Shown piece after piece: positions 6,909-15,897 of a DNA stretch of 64,000 nt (positions within the stretch are counted from its first letter, which is position 1; the number at the start of each line of letters is the position of its first letter). The position numbers and the translations under genes were made by a program. Under the pieces are notes generated by a model. That model saw nothing but the letters and a program-made list of their open reading frames with translations. It had not been told where the DNA came from and did not search any database. The stretch is from Alphaproteobacteria bacterium (GTDB taxonomy: Bacteria; Pseudomonadota; Alphaproteobacteria; UBA828): NCBI GenBank assembly GCA_963667785.2, contig CAXXMU010000001.1, positions 224,001 to 288,000 on the forward strand, given 5' to 3'.

Positions 6909-8936
6909 TCAGAGCTTGCGGGCCTGGCGGTGGCCTTCGTAGACGGCCTCGTAGGCGGTGCGGGGCGCGGTGGCGTCGCCGATGGTCTCCACCGGGATGC
7001 CGCGGGCGGCGACGGCGCCCTGCAACGCGTTCTCGGAGCGCCGGCCGGTCGCCATGACGATCCAGTCCGCCTCCAGCGTGCGCTCGGCCTCTTCGTGGTG
7101 GACGTTGTAGAGCGTCACGCTGCTGCCCTCGATGCGGCGGACGAAGTGGTCGACGCAGACCGTCACCCCGGTCTGGTAGAGCTTGGGCAGGATCCAGTCG
7201 AGATAGACGTCGAGGATGGTCTCCATGCCGACCATGGGCCAGCGGGTGACCAGCGTCACTTCGTCCGCGCCGGCATCCATGCAGGCGACGGCGGTGAGCG
7301 GCGCCACCACGTCGCAGAGGTCGTCCAGCACCATCACCCTGCCGCGCGGCCGGGCCTGGCCCTGGGCGACCGCGTCCCAGCCGACGCAGTTGCCGCTCTC
7401 CCAGCCGGGCAGCGCCTCGCCGGTCCAGCCCTGGAAGCCGTCGACGGCGACGGCGGAGCCGGTGGCGACCACCACATGGTCGGGCTTCACGGCCTCCAGC
7501 GCCTGGTCGAGGTCGTCCTCGGTCACCGGCGCGCCGGTGACGATGCGGGTGCCGTTCTTCTCGGCCTGCGCCGCGAGCCAGCGGCCGATCTCGCCGTACT
7601 CGGCCCGGGTCGGCAGCAGCGACTGCACACGCACGTGGCCGCCGGTCTCGCCTTCGGCCTCGTAGAGCGTCACGTCGTGGCCCCGGGCGGACGCGATGCG
7701 CGCATATTCGAGCCCCGCCGGGCCGCCGCCGATGACCAGCACGCGCTTCGGCTCCGCCACCTTGACCAGCGTGCCCTCGCCCCAGGCCTCCTCGCGGCCC
7801 ACGGCGGGGTTGTAGATGCATTGCACCCGCCCGCCCCGGCTCACGCTCTTCCAGCAGAAGTTGGCAGCCACGCATGAGCGGATGTCGTCGGTGTGGCCTT
7901 CCTGCGCCTTCTTGGCCCAGTGGGGATCGGTGAAGAGCTGGCGCGCGAGGCAGATGGCATCGCCGTCGCCGGCCTCCAGAAGCTGCTCGGCCACGTCCGG
8001 CGTGGTGATGCGGCCGACCAGCAGCACCGGCTTCGACGAGACCTCGCGGATCTTGCGGGCGTAGCCGCGCTCCCAGCCCGCCTCGAACTCCATCGGCGTG
8101 TGGATGAAGGCGTGATGGACGCCGGCCGAGACGTTGACGTAGTCGATGTCGGCCCGCTTCTCGATGTCGGCGACGATGTCGCGCACCTCGTCGATTTCGA
8201 GATCGCCCGGCCAGAACGAGGTCGAGTTGATGCGGTAGCCGACGAACCTGTCGTCGCCGGCGGCGGCGCGCATCCGCTTTAACGCCTCGAGCGGGAAGCG
8301 CAGGCGGTTCTCCTGCGAGCCGCCCCAGCGGTCGGTGCGCTTGTTGTAGAGCGGCGAGATGAACTGCCAGGGCAGGTAGCCGTGGCTCAGGTGAAGCTCG
8401 ACCCCGTCGAGGCCTGCCGCGAACGCGCGCGTCGCGGCGCTGCCGAAGGCCTCGAGCAGCTCCTCGATCTCGTCCTCGTCGAGCTCCTTGGGCGTGGACG
8501 CGCCGGGGAACTCGCCCAAGGGCACCTGGCTCGGCGAAAGCGTGTACCAGGTCGCGTCCGGGTCGTAGGTGGCTTCCTGCTTGAAGGTGGGGAAGCCGCG
8601 CACGCCCGAGTGCCAGAGCTGGATCGCCAGCTTGCAGCCCTCGGCGTGGACCGCGTCCGCGATTTTCGACAGCGGCTCGATCTGCCGGTCGTCGAAGAGC
8701 TGCGGCATGAGCAGCGGCGCCATGATCGAGCTCTGATGGACATGGGTCCCGCCGATGATGATGAGGCCGACGCCGCCCTCGGCGCGCTCCCGGTAGTAGT
8801 GGGTGGCCATGTCGATGAAGAGCCCGTTCCACGGGTCCGAGACCCAGCTCGGGCAGGTCGGCGGGAACACCACCCGGTTCTTGATGGTGGTGTTGCGAAT
8901 CTTCCATTCCGAGAAAAGCCGTGGATAGGCCGCCAT
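6909..8936 (-). CDS. Multidomain Old Yellow Enzyme / trimethylamine dehydrogenase-like FMN, Fe-S, FAD/NAD(P) oxidoreductase
   Basis: KNRVVFPPTC, ELHLSHGYL, NKRTDRWGGS..NRLRF, CVAANFC...CIYNP, VLVIGGGPAGLE, IGDA; start at ATG 8936 after GGGGAG. Confidence 0.88.
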   Translation of the reverse strand: MAAYPRLFSEWKIRNTTIKNRVVFPPTCPSWVSDPWNGLFIDMATHYYRERAEGGVGLIIIGGTHVHQSSIMAPLLMPQLFDDRQIEPLSKIADAVHAEGCKLAIQLWHSGVRGFPTFKQEATYDPDATWYTLSPSQVPLGEFPGASTPKELDEDEIEELLEAFGSAATRAFAAGLDGVELHLSHGYLPWQFISPLYNKRTDRWGGSQENRLRFPLEALKRMRAAAGDDRFVGYRINSTSFWPGDLEIDEVRDIVADIEKRADIDYVNVSAGVHHAFIHTPMEFEAGWERGYARKIREVSSKPVLLVGRITTPDVAEQLLEAGDGDAICLARQLFTDPHWAKKAQEGHTDDIRSCVAANFCWKSVSRGGRVQCIYNPAVGREEAWGEGTLVKVAEPKRVLVIGGGPAGLEYARIASARGHDVTLYEAEGETGGHVRVQSLLPTRAEYGEIGRWLAAQAEKNGTRIVTGAPVTEDDLDQALEAVKPDHVVVATGSAVAVDGFQGWTGEALPGWESGNCVGWDAVAQGQARPRGRVMVLDDLCDVVAPLTAVACMDAGADEVTLVTRWPMVGMETILDVYLDWILPKLYQTGVTVCVDHFVRRIEGSSVTLYNVHHEEAERTLEADWIVMATGRRSENALQGAVAARGIPVETIGDATAPRTAYEAVYEGHRQARKL

Positions 8937-9071
8937 GCTGCGCTCCCCCTGTCGCGGGCGCCTCGCAGGCCGGGCGCCCCTGTCCATCACCGCCGCCGTC
9001 CATTACACTCGCCTTGGCGTGCGAATGCCAGTTTCGCGGCCTCTGGCCGGCTTGGATGCAGGAGGGTGGCC

Positions 9072-10487
9072 ATGTCCGACACCTATCGCGCGGTGATCCC
9101 CTACGAATCCCTGGACCCGCTCACCATCGGCTCGGCCGACGACCCGGCCATGGTCTACCGCGAGACGCTCACCCTCGAGATTCCCGAGGCGAACCTGCTG
9201 GCGGCGCTCTACCCCGAGGAGCCTGCCCCCATCGCGAACCCGACGGAGGCCGCGGCGGCCGCGCTGGAGGCGCCGCACTCGGGGCCGCCCTTCTCCCAGA
9301 TGATCGGGCCGGACAAGAGCCTCGCCATCATCATCGACAACCAGTTCCGCCCGACGCCCACCTCCAAGCTGCTGCCGGCGGTGCTCGACGCCGTCGAGGC
9401 GCACGGCATCAGGGACGCCCGCGTCGTCTGCGCCAACGGCAAGGTCTTCCCCATGTCGGAGCGCGACACCGAGCTGAAGCTGGGGCGGGAGAACCTCGCG
9501 CGCATGGAACGGCTCGGCATTCCCTTCTTCCAGAACGAGCCGCGCGAGCCCGAGCAGTACGTCTTCATCGGCATGACCACGGGCGGCACGCCGGTCTGGC
9601 TGCACAAGGAGGTCGCGAAGTCCGACGTGACCCTTTCCATGGGCCAGGCGCAGTCCAACCACTGGGGCGCCGGCGGGGGCGGCAAGCTGATCCTCCCCGG
9701 CGTGGTCTCCGACGAGACCATCGAATCCAACCACTGCGCCTTCGTGATGTCGCCCAAGACCCACTACGGCGCCATGGCCGGGCCGATGCGGACGGACATC
9801 GACGAGGCCGCCACCATGTGTGGGCTCTCGGCGACGCTGAACAGCGTGCTGGATACGCGGGGCCGGCTCAGCTTCATCAATTTCGGCGCCCATCCGGACG
9901 CGCACCGCGAGGCGATCCGCGTCTTCAACGGCGTCTACGCCTACGAACGCCCCGCCGGCGGGCCGGCGGACATCGCCATCTGCGGCGTCTTCGCGCCCAC
10001 CGACCACCTCTTCTTCCACACCGGCTGGGGCTGCATGTCGTCGGACCTGCTGGTCAAGGACGGCGGCACGCTCATCTATTGCAGTCCGTCGCCCGGCGTG
10101 AGCACGCATCTCGGCGACTTTCCGGGCCTCGCGCTGATGGACCTGATGAAGCCCTACATGCCGCCTTCGCGGGCGAACCTCGAGCGCGTCTACCGCGACA
10201 TCCACAGCCGCACCATCGAGATGTGGGCGGGCTGCATCTGGGTGCCGATCTACGAGGTCATGGTGCGCAAGCACCTCCACGTGGTGACGCTGGAGGAAAA
10301 CCTGGAGATGGCCGCCGATATCGGCATCGAGGCCGGCACCTCGCTGGAGGATGCGTTCGCCGCCGCGCTCGCCCGCCACGGGCCGGATGCCAAGGTCGCG
10401 GTGCTGCCCTTCGCGCGCTACCAGCTTCCGCGCGATGCGATCCGCATGCCGCTGGAGGCCGAGCCGCTGAGCCAGGCGGCGGAGTAG
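9072..10487 (+). CDS. LarA (lactate racemase, nickel-pincer nucleotide) superfamily protein, divergent
   Basis: ALEAP, IIIDNQFRPTP, GGGGKLILPG, IESNHC, VKDGGTLI, KVAVLP match the LarA architecture; GGAGG RBS before ATG 9072. Confidence 0.8.
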   Translation: MSDTYRAVIPYESLDPLTIGSADDPAMVYRETLTLEIPEANLLAALYPEEPAPIANPTEAAAAALEAPHSGPPFSQMIGPDKSLAIIIDNQFRPTPTSKLLPAVLDAVEAHGIRDARVVCANGKVFPMSERDTELKLGRENLARMERLGIPFFQNEPREPEQYVFIGMTTGGTPVWLHKEVAKSDVTLSMGQAQSNHWGAGGGGKLILPGVVSDETIESNHCAFVMSPKTHYGAMAGPMRTDIDEAATMCGLSATLNSVLDTRGRLSFINFGAHPDAHREAIRVFNGVYAYERPAGGPADIAICGVFAPTDHLFFHTGWGCMSSDLLVKDGGTLIYCSPSPGVSTHLGDFPGLALMDLMKPYMPPSRANLERVYRDIHSRTIEMWAGCIWVPIYEVMVRKHLHVVTLEENLEMAADIGIEAGTSLEDAFAAALARHGPDAKVAVLPFARYQLPRDAIRMPLEAEPLSQAAE

Positions 10488-10498
10488 GGCAGGCGGTG

Positions 10499-10825
10499 AT
10501 GTCTCCCTCCGGCGCGGCCGGGGAGTCCGCGCCCGAGCCGATCACCGGCTCGACCACGATCGTCGACTTGCTGCAGCGCTTCCCCGGCGGGGAGGCGGCC
10601 CAGCTCATGGCGCGCCTCGCCTGGCCCTGCGCCCACTGCTCGGGCGCGTTGCACGAGCCGATCTCCATCGCCGCCAAGCGCCATGCCAACCGGGCCGGCC
10701 CCGTGGTCCGCGCCTTCCGGGCGCTGGAGCGGGGCGGCCCGAGCGAGGCGGAGATCGCCGAGGCTGCGGCCAAGCACGACAAGCGCCAGGACCCGGCCGC
10801 CCTCTGGGCGCGCTACGCCCGCTAA
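10499..10825 (+). CDS. Small CxxC protein, DUF1858 (HCP-associated redox disulfide domain)-like
   Basis: ITGSTTIVDLLQRFP...LAWPCAHCSGALHEPISIAAKRH resembles the DUF1858 pattern IT..TI.E...P...C..C..A..E.L..AA..H; starts 11 nt after the LarA-like stop. Confidence 0.65.
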   Translation: MSPSGAAGESAPEPITGSTTIVDLLQRFPGGEAAQLMARLAWPCAHCSGALHEPISIAAKRHANRAGPVVRAFRALERGGPSEAEIAEAAAKHDKRQDPAALWARYAR

Positions 10826-10852
10826 GGCGTCTTCGTCTCGTACGGAGACGCC
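10826..10852. terminator. Hairpin between convergent genes
   Basis: GGCGTCTTCGT-CTCGT-ACGGAGACGCC immediately after the TAA at 10825. Confidence 0.5.
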
Positions 10853-10864
10853 CTGGCCCGGCGT

Positions 10865-11608
10865 TCAGCCCCGGCGCTTTCTGAACAGCAGCGAGAGCGC
10901 CGCCTTCCTCTTGGCGAAGGCCTTGAGCAGATCGAAGCCGTAGCCGTCGAACAGGCGCGTCATGTTGGCCCGGTTGAACCACTGCAGGTGCTCCGGCGGG
11001 CAGATTTCGCTCCAGTCCAGGGTGGTCTCGGGCACCACGGGATGGCCGATGTCCGGAGTCGACACGTAGATGACGGTGCCCGGCCGCGACAGGGCGTCGA
11101 TCATCCGCAGGCAGTCGTGCGGCCCGGCGAGATGCTCCATGACCTCGGCCGTGAACATGAAGTCGAAGACGAGATCGCGTCTCGCCATCGCGCCGAAGTC
11201 CTCGCAGTAGAAGGTGGCGCGCGGGAAACGGTTGCGCGCGAAGGCGATGGAGTTGGCACTGATGTCCATCCCGTGGGCGTCGGCGCCGACACGGCGAAAC
11301 GCATCGACCATGATCCCGCCGCCGCAGCCGATGTCGAGCACCCTCCTGCCCGCGACATGCCTCCAGAATCGTATCGACTTGACGAAGGCGCGCCGCCGCC
11401 GCGAGCGCAGCTTGGGATAGAAGGTCGCGGTGCTCCCCCGGTAGTTGTCCGAATAGCGCTCGTTCAGCGCCTGCGCGCTCGGGAACGGATGAACGAACCA
11501 GAAGCCGCAGTCTCCGCAGGCGCGGACCTCGTACCCGCGCTTCGTCCCGGCGGGCGCGGAGTCGCCGCCGCACAGCGGGCAGCGCACGGTCGCGGGTTCG
11601 CTCGCCAT
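10865..11608 (-). CDS. Class I SAM-dependent methyltransferase with N-terminal Cys4 zinc ribbon
   Basis: CPLC...CGDCG; VLDIGCGGG motif I; EVMEHL; PPEHLQWF. Confidence 0.85.
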   Translation of the reverse strand: MASEPATVRCPLCGGDSAPAGTKRGYEVRACGDCGFWFVHPFPSAQALNERYSDNYRGSTATFYPKLRSRRRRAFVKSIRFWRHVAGRRVLDIGCGGGIMVDAFRRVGADAHGMDISANSIAFARNRFPRATFYCEDFGAMARRDLVFDFMFTAEVMEHLAGPHDCLRMIDALSRPGTVIYVSTPDIGHPVVPETTLDWSEICPPEHLQWFNRANMTRLFDGYGFDLLKAFAKRKAALSLLFRKRRG

Positions 11609-11629
11609 GGCCCGTCTGCCGCCGCGCCG

Positions 11630-11938
11630 CTACTTGTTGGGCGCCGCGATGCGGTGGCCGAGGGCGAACATCTCGAACTCGCCGTCGACCATGTGGGCCG
11701 TCCGTTCCATCTGGCGCTTGAACCAGGGGGTCTGCGTGTGGGCCTCGAAGTCGGCCTCGCTGATGTAGATCTCGTAGAAGATGAAGCGCCGCGGATCGTC
11801 CTTGTCGACGCTCACCTCGAAGGCGACGCAGCCCGGCTCCCTGGTAATCGAGTTGGCGGCGTGGCGCTTCACCAGCCGGGTGAACTCGGCGACGTGCTTC
11901 TTCTTGATTCTCAGCGCTGCGGCGACGGTGTAGGGCAT
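11630..11938 (-). CDS. ABM / putative quinol monooxygenase (LsrG-like) family protein
   Basis: REPGCVAFEV...FIFYEIY...FEAHTQTPWF. Confidence 0.85.
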   Translation of the reverse strand: MPYTVAAALRIKKKHVAEFTRLVKRHAANSITREPGCVAFEVSVDKDDPRRFIFYEIYISEADFEAHTQTPWFKRQMERTAHMVDGEFEMFALGHRIAAPNK

Positions 11939-11975
11939 GGGATCCTCCCGTGGTGGATGGTGGCGGCGGCGAACC

Positions 11976-13580
11976 TCAGGCGGCGGCGCGGATCATCTCC
12001 GCCGCGCGCTCGCCGATCATGATGCAGGTGGCGTTGAGGTTGGCGCTGACGACGGCCGGCATGATCGAGGCGTCGGCTACGTAGAGGCCGTCGATCCCGC
12101 GCACCTTGAGGCGGTCGTCCACCACCGCCATCGCGTCGTGCCCCATCCCGCAGGTGCCGGCGGGGTGATAGACGCCGATGGCGCTGGCGCGGATGTAGGC
12201 GCGCCACTCGTCGTCGCTCTGCACGTCCGCGCCGGGCAGATGCTCGCCGACGATCGAGCGCGAGATGGGCTCGCTGCCGAGGACCGTGCGGAAGAAGCGG
12301 GCGCCGAGCAGCAGGGTCTCCACGTCGCGCTCGTCGGCAAGCAGGTTCGGCTGGATCGCGGGCTGCGCGAGGGGATCGGCCGAGGCGAGCCGCACCCGGC
12401 CGCGGGAATAGGGCCGGTGCAGGTTGGTGAGCCCCGTGATCGCGGGCCTGTCGAAGAGCTCCGGGCCGTCGGCGGTCAGGTCGTAGCCGGCGGGCGAGAA
12501 GAGGTACTGCACGTGGCTGCGCGACTTGCCCGGGTCGCAGCGCCTGTAGCCGCAGACCTGGGCGATCGGCGTCGACGCCGGTCCGCCGCCGGTCAGCAGC
12601 CACTGGGCGCCGTAGAAGAGGGTGCTGAGCGGCCCGGTCATCACGTTGTAGGTCCGGCGGTTGACCCACATGGTCTGGCTGATCCCGGCATGGTCCTGCA
12701 GGTTCTCGCCCACGCCGGGGAGGTCGTGGCGCACCTCGATACCGTGCTCGTGCAGGTGGCCGGCGGGGCCCACGCCCGAGAGCATCAGGAGCTGCGGCGA
12801 GCCGAAGGTGCCGGCCGAGAGGACCACTGCCCTGGCCGCCGTCGCGCGCCGGCGCTTGCCCCGCCGCAGGTACTCCACGCCCGTGGCGCGCGCGCCGTCG
12901 AAGGTGAGTCCCAGCACGTGCGCGTGGGTGACGACGCATAGGTTGTCGCGGCCCCTGGCCGGCCAGAGATAGGCGCGCGCGGCGCTGTGCCGGCGGCCCC
13001 GGCGCTGGGTCGCCTGGACGTAGCCGACGCCCATCTGCGGCGGCGCGTTGATGTCCTCGCGGAAGGGCATGCCGGCCTTGACGCAGGTCTCGACGAGCAC
13101 GCGGGAGAGCGGATGCAGCGAGCGGATGTGGGAGACCGAGAGAGGTCCGCCGGCGCCCCGGTATTCGTCGGCGCCGCCCTCGTAGTCCTCCAGCCGGCGG
13201 AAGTAGGGGAGCACGCTCTCGAAGTCCCAGCCGCGGCAGCCGAGCTGTGACCAGCCGTTGTAGTCCTCCGGCGCGCCCCGCACGTACGAGGTGGCGTTGA
13301 TCGAGCTGGTGCCGCCCAGCACCTTGCCGCGCGGCATGTAGTCCTCGCGCCCGCCCCGCGTCGGGTCGGGCTCCGCCATGAAGCGCCAGTCGTAGCGGGG
13401 GTTGGTGATGCCGACGAGCATGGTCGCCACCGGCATCTGGATGACGAGGCGGCGGTCCGAGCCGCCTGCCTCCAGCAGCAGCACCCGGCGCCGCCCGTCC
13501 TCCGAGAGCCTTGCGGCGATCACGCTGCCGGCCGAGCCTGCGCCGACGACGATGTAGTCGGCCTGCTGGTCCGCCCGCAT
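11976..13580 (-). CDS. GMC family FAD oxidoreductase (choline dehydrogenase-like)
   Basis: DYIVVGAGSAG, RGKVLGGTSSIN, VGENLQDH, YHPAGTC, VADASIMP, NLNA. Confidence 0.92.
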   Translation of the reverse strand: MRADQQADYIVVGAGSAGSVIAARLSEDGRRRVLLLEAGGSDRRLVIQMPVATMLVGITNPRYDWRFMAEPDPTRGGREDYMPRGKVLGGTSSINATSYVRGAPEDYNGWSQLGCRGWDFESVLPYFRRLEDYEGGADEYRGAGGPLSVSHIRSLHPLSRVLVETCVKAGMPFREDINAPPQMGVGYVQATQRRGRRHSAARAYLWPARGRDNLCVVTHAHVLGLTFDGARATGVEYLRRGKRRRATAARAVVLSAGTFGSPQLLMLSGVGPAGHLHEHGIEVRHDLPGVGENLQDHAGISQTMWVNRRTYNVMTGPLSTLFYGAQWLLTGGGPASTPIAQVCGYRRCDPGKSRSHVQYLFSPAGYDLTADGPELFDRPAITGLTNLHRPYSRGRVRLASADPLAQPAIQPNLLADERDVETLLLGARFFRTVLGSEPISRSIVGEHLPGADVQSDDEWRAYIRASAIGVYHPAGTCGMGHDAMAVVDDRLKVRGIDGLYVADASIMPAVVSANLNATCIMIGERAAEMIRAAA

Positions 13581-13616
13581 CCCCCGGCCCGTTCCCGAAC
13601 GCGCGCCGCCTCGGGC

Positions 13617-14231
13617 TCAGGGGGCGGTGCCGGCCGACACCTTCTCGATGACCACGGGCTCCTGCGGCACGTCGCTCGGGAACGGCCCGCCGGACCCGGT
13701 CTGCAGCGCGGCGATGCGGTCCACCGTCTCCATGCCGTCCACCACCCGGCCGAAGGCGGCATAGCCCCATCCTTGCGGGTTCTTGCCGCGATGGTTGAGG
13801 AAGTCGTTGTCGACGACGTTGATGAAGAACTGCGCGGTGGCGGAGTGGGGGTCGGCGGTGCGCGCCATGGCGATCGTCCCCCTGTCGTTGCCGGGCGCGT
13901 CCGGGGCCTCGTTCTGGATCGGCGCACCCGTGGGCTTCTGCTCGTAGCGCTCGGTATAGCCGCCGCCCTGGATCATGAAGCCCGCGATCACGCGGTGGAA
14001 GATGGTCCCGTCATAGTGGCCGTCGCGGACGTAGGCGAGGAAGTTCTCGACAGTCTCGGGCGCGGCCCCGGGCTCGAGCGCCACCGTAAAGGCGCCGTGG
14101 GTGGTCTCGAAGGTCACGCGCGGGCTTGCGCCCTCGTCGGCATGGCTCTCGGTCTGATCGGTCATCGTGGTTCCTATCGCGGCGGCGAGCGCGAGACATG
14201 CGAAGAGCCGCCGAACTCTGGGTGTGAACAA
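13617..14231 (-). CDS. Cyclophilin-type peptidyl-prolyl cis-trans isomerase with signal peptide
   Basis: [39 protein letters not shown]. Confidence 0.93.
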   Translation of the reverse strand: MFTPRVRRLFACLALAAAIGTTMTDQTESHADEGASPRVTFETTHGAFTVALEPGAAPETVENFLAYVRDGHYDGTIFHRVIAGFMIQGGGYTERYEQKPTGAPIQNEAPDAPGNDRGTIAMARTADPHSATAQFFINVVDNDFLNHRGKNPQGWGYAAFGRVVDGMETVDRIAALQTGSGGPFPSDVPQEPVVIEKVSAGTAP

Positions 14232-14343
14232 GGCTCCGCTCCCGAATCGTGATGGTACGCGCCGGCGCGCAGTCTACACGCCGCGTGCGGGGAAAGGACA
14301 GGCGCGCCCCGGCCGCCCCCGGTCGCCCTGCAGGGTCGCTTTC

Positions 14344-14372
14344 TTGACAGCATCCGGCGGCACCCGTAGCGT
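14344..14372 (+). promoter_or_regulatory. Sigma70-type promoter of the ABC transporter operon
   Basis: TTGACA-N17-TAGCGT, 57 nt upstream of ATG 14430. Confidence 0.65.
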
Positions 14373-14429
14373 TTTTGCAGGTTGCACGTTTTGATCGGTC
14401 CGACACAGCCATAATCAGGGGAGGCACAT

Positions 14430-15854
14430 ATGCGGACATCAGACAGAGACAACCGGGCCTATGACAATGCGATAAAACGCATCAGGCACTTCCGCGAGCG
14501 GGAGCTGACCCGCCGCCAGGTGCTGAAGGCCTCGGCAGCGACGGCGCTGGGTGCGACGCTCGCGTCGCAGTTCGTGCCCAAGGAGGTGCACGCCGACGTC
14601 GGCGGCACCATCGTCCACTTCGCGTCGTCCGGGAAGCGGCTCGCCAACTCGCTCAGGGCGGTCAAGCCGCTCTTCGACAAGGTGTACCCGAACGTGACGC
14701 TCGAGGTCGTCTCGAAGCCGATGAGCGAGGCGTTGACCCAGATCAACACCTACATGCGCTCGAAGAGCGACGCCTTCGACGTCGTCACCCAGGACCACGC
14801 CCAGTTCGCGTCGCTCGACGCCATGGGCGCGCTGACCGACCTCGGCCCCTATCTGGAGCCGTTCCCGGACTGGCTCGCGGACTACAGGGAGGACGTGCCG
14901 GAGGCCTACCGGCACATGTGGAACCTGCCCAAGGGGCCGGCACCGCCAGGCTACATCGCAGCGCTGGCGCCCGACGGCAACGCGATGATGACGTTCTATC
15001 GCAAGGACGTCTTCGAGAAGGCGGGCATCCCCGTGCCGGAGACCTGGGACGACGTGATCGACGCCTGCAAGGAGATCCACGACCCGGACAACGAGCGCTA
15101 CGCCTACTGCGCGGCGATGGCGCGCAACTTCTGGGCCGGCTACCAGTACTACGGTTCGCTTCGCAGCATGGGCGGCGACGTCTTCGCGGACGAGGCCAAC
15201 CAGGACTGGACGGTGGCGATCAATACCGAGGAGGGCTTCCAGGCGCTCAAGGTGCTGGTCGATCTCCAGAAGTACGCCCACCCCGTCTCCGCCAACGCCG
15301 GCGAGGACGAGGTCAACCTGGTGTTCGCCCAGGGCACGGCGCTCTACAGCCCGCTCACCTGGGGCACGGCGGTGCTCAACGACCCGACCTACACCGACCT
15401 GCACGAGCACTGGCACATGGACCTCTCGCCGAGAGGCACCGGGCCCAAGGGCGGGCACCGCGCGCTTACCGGCGGCTTCGGCCAGTTCATGCCGACCTGG
15501 GGCGGCAACCGGGAGACCGCGTTCGCCTGGATCAAGTTCCTCAACTCGGGCGATCGCGAGGATCTCGACGGCAGTCCGCTCATCGCCGATGCGATCGTGG
15601 GTGCCGGTGGCCAGCTCTCGCGGCGTTCCACGCTCAGCCGCTGGGCCGACCGCAAGCCCTTCTTCGTCGGCCTGATGAAGGCCTATCCGGTCTGCGTCGT
15701 GAACGCGCCGGTGATCCCGGAGGCGTACTCCATCATGGGCGCCATGGGCGAAGAGGTGGCCGACGCGGTCAACGAGGAGCAGAGCATCGAGGATGCGCTC
15801 GCCGCCATGGACAAGCGGGTCAAGCGCATCATGGAGGACGCCGGCTACGCTTAG
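14430..15854 (+). CDS. Carbohydrate (CUT1) ABC transporter solute-binding protein, Tat-exported
   Basis: TRRQVLK twin-arginine signal ending VHA; FYRKDVFEKAGIPVPETWDD; GGGGAGG RBS. Confidence 0.88.
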   Translation: MRTSDRDNRAYDNAIKRIRHFRERELTRRQVLKASAATALGATLASQFVPKEVHADVGGTIVHFASSGKRLANSLRAVKPLFDKVYPNVTLEVVSKPMSEALTQINTYMRSKSDAFDVVTQDHAQFASLDAMGALTDLGPYLEPFPDWLADYREDVPEAYRHMWNLPKGPAPPGYIAALAPDGNAMMTFYRKDVFEKAGIPVPETWDDVIDACKEIHDPDNERYAYCAAMARNFWAGYQYYGSLRSMGGDVFADEANQDWTVAINTEEGFQALKVLVDLQKYAHPVSANAGEDEVNLVFAQGTALYSPLTWGTAVLNDPTYTDLHEHWHMDLSPRGTGPKGGHRALTGGFGQFMPTWGGNRETAFAWIKFLNSGDREDLDGSPLIADAIVGAGGQLSRRSTLSRWADRKPFFVGLMKAYPVCVVNAPVIPEAYSIMGAMGEEVADAVNEEQSIEDALAAMDKRVKRIMEDAGYA

Positions 15855-15897
15855 GAGCCGCGGTGTGTGAGGCCAGGGGCTCCCCGGAGCCTCGGGC

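Noticed and set aside
4995-7877. 960-aa ORF, and many similar long Arg/Pro/Ala-rich ORFs across the window
   Set aside because: Alternative-frame or antisense shadows of recognisable genes; long stop-free frames are expected at this GC content, and they carry no family motifs.
9014-9030. Sigma54 -24/-12 promoter
   Set aside because: GG-to-GC spacing is 9 nt on both strands; 10 is required.
8382-9071. N-terminal extension of the LarA-like ORF to 701 aa
   Set aside because: Antisense to the flavoenzyme gene; a good GGAGG RBS precedes ATG 9072.
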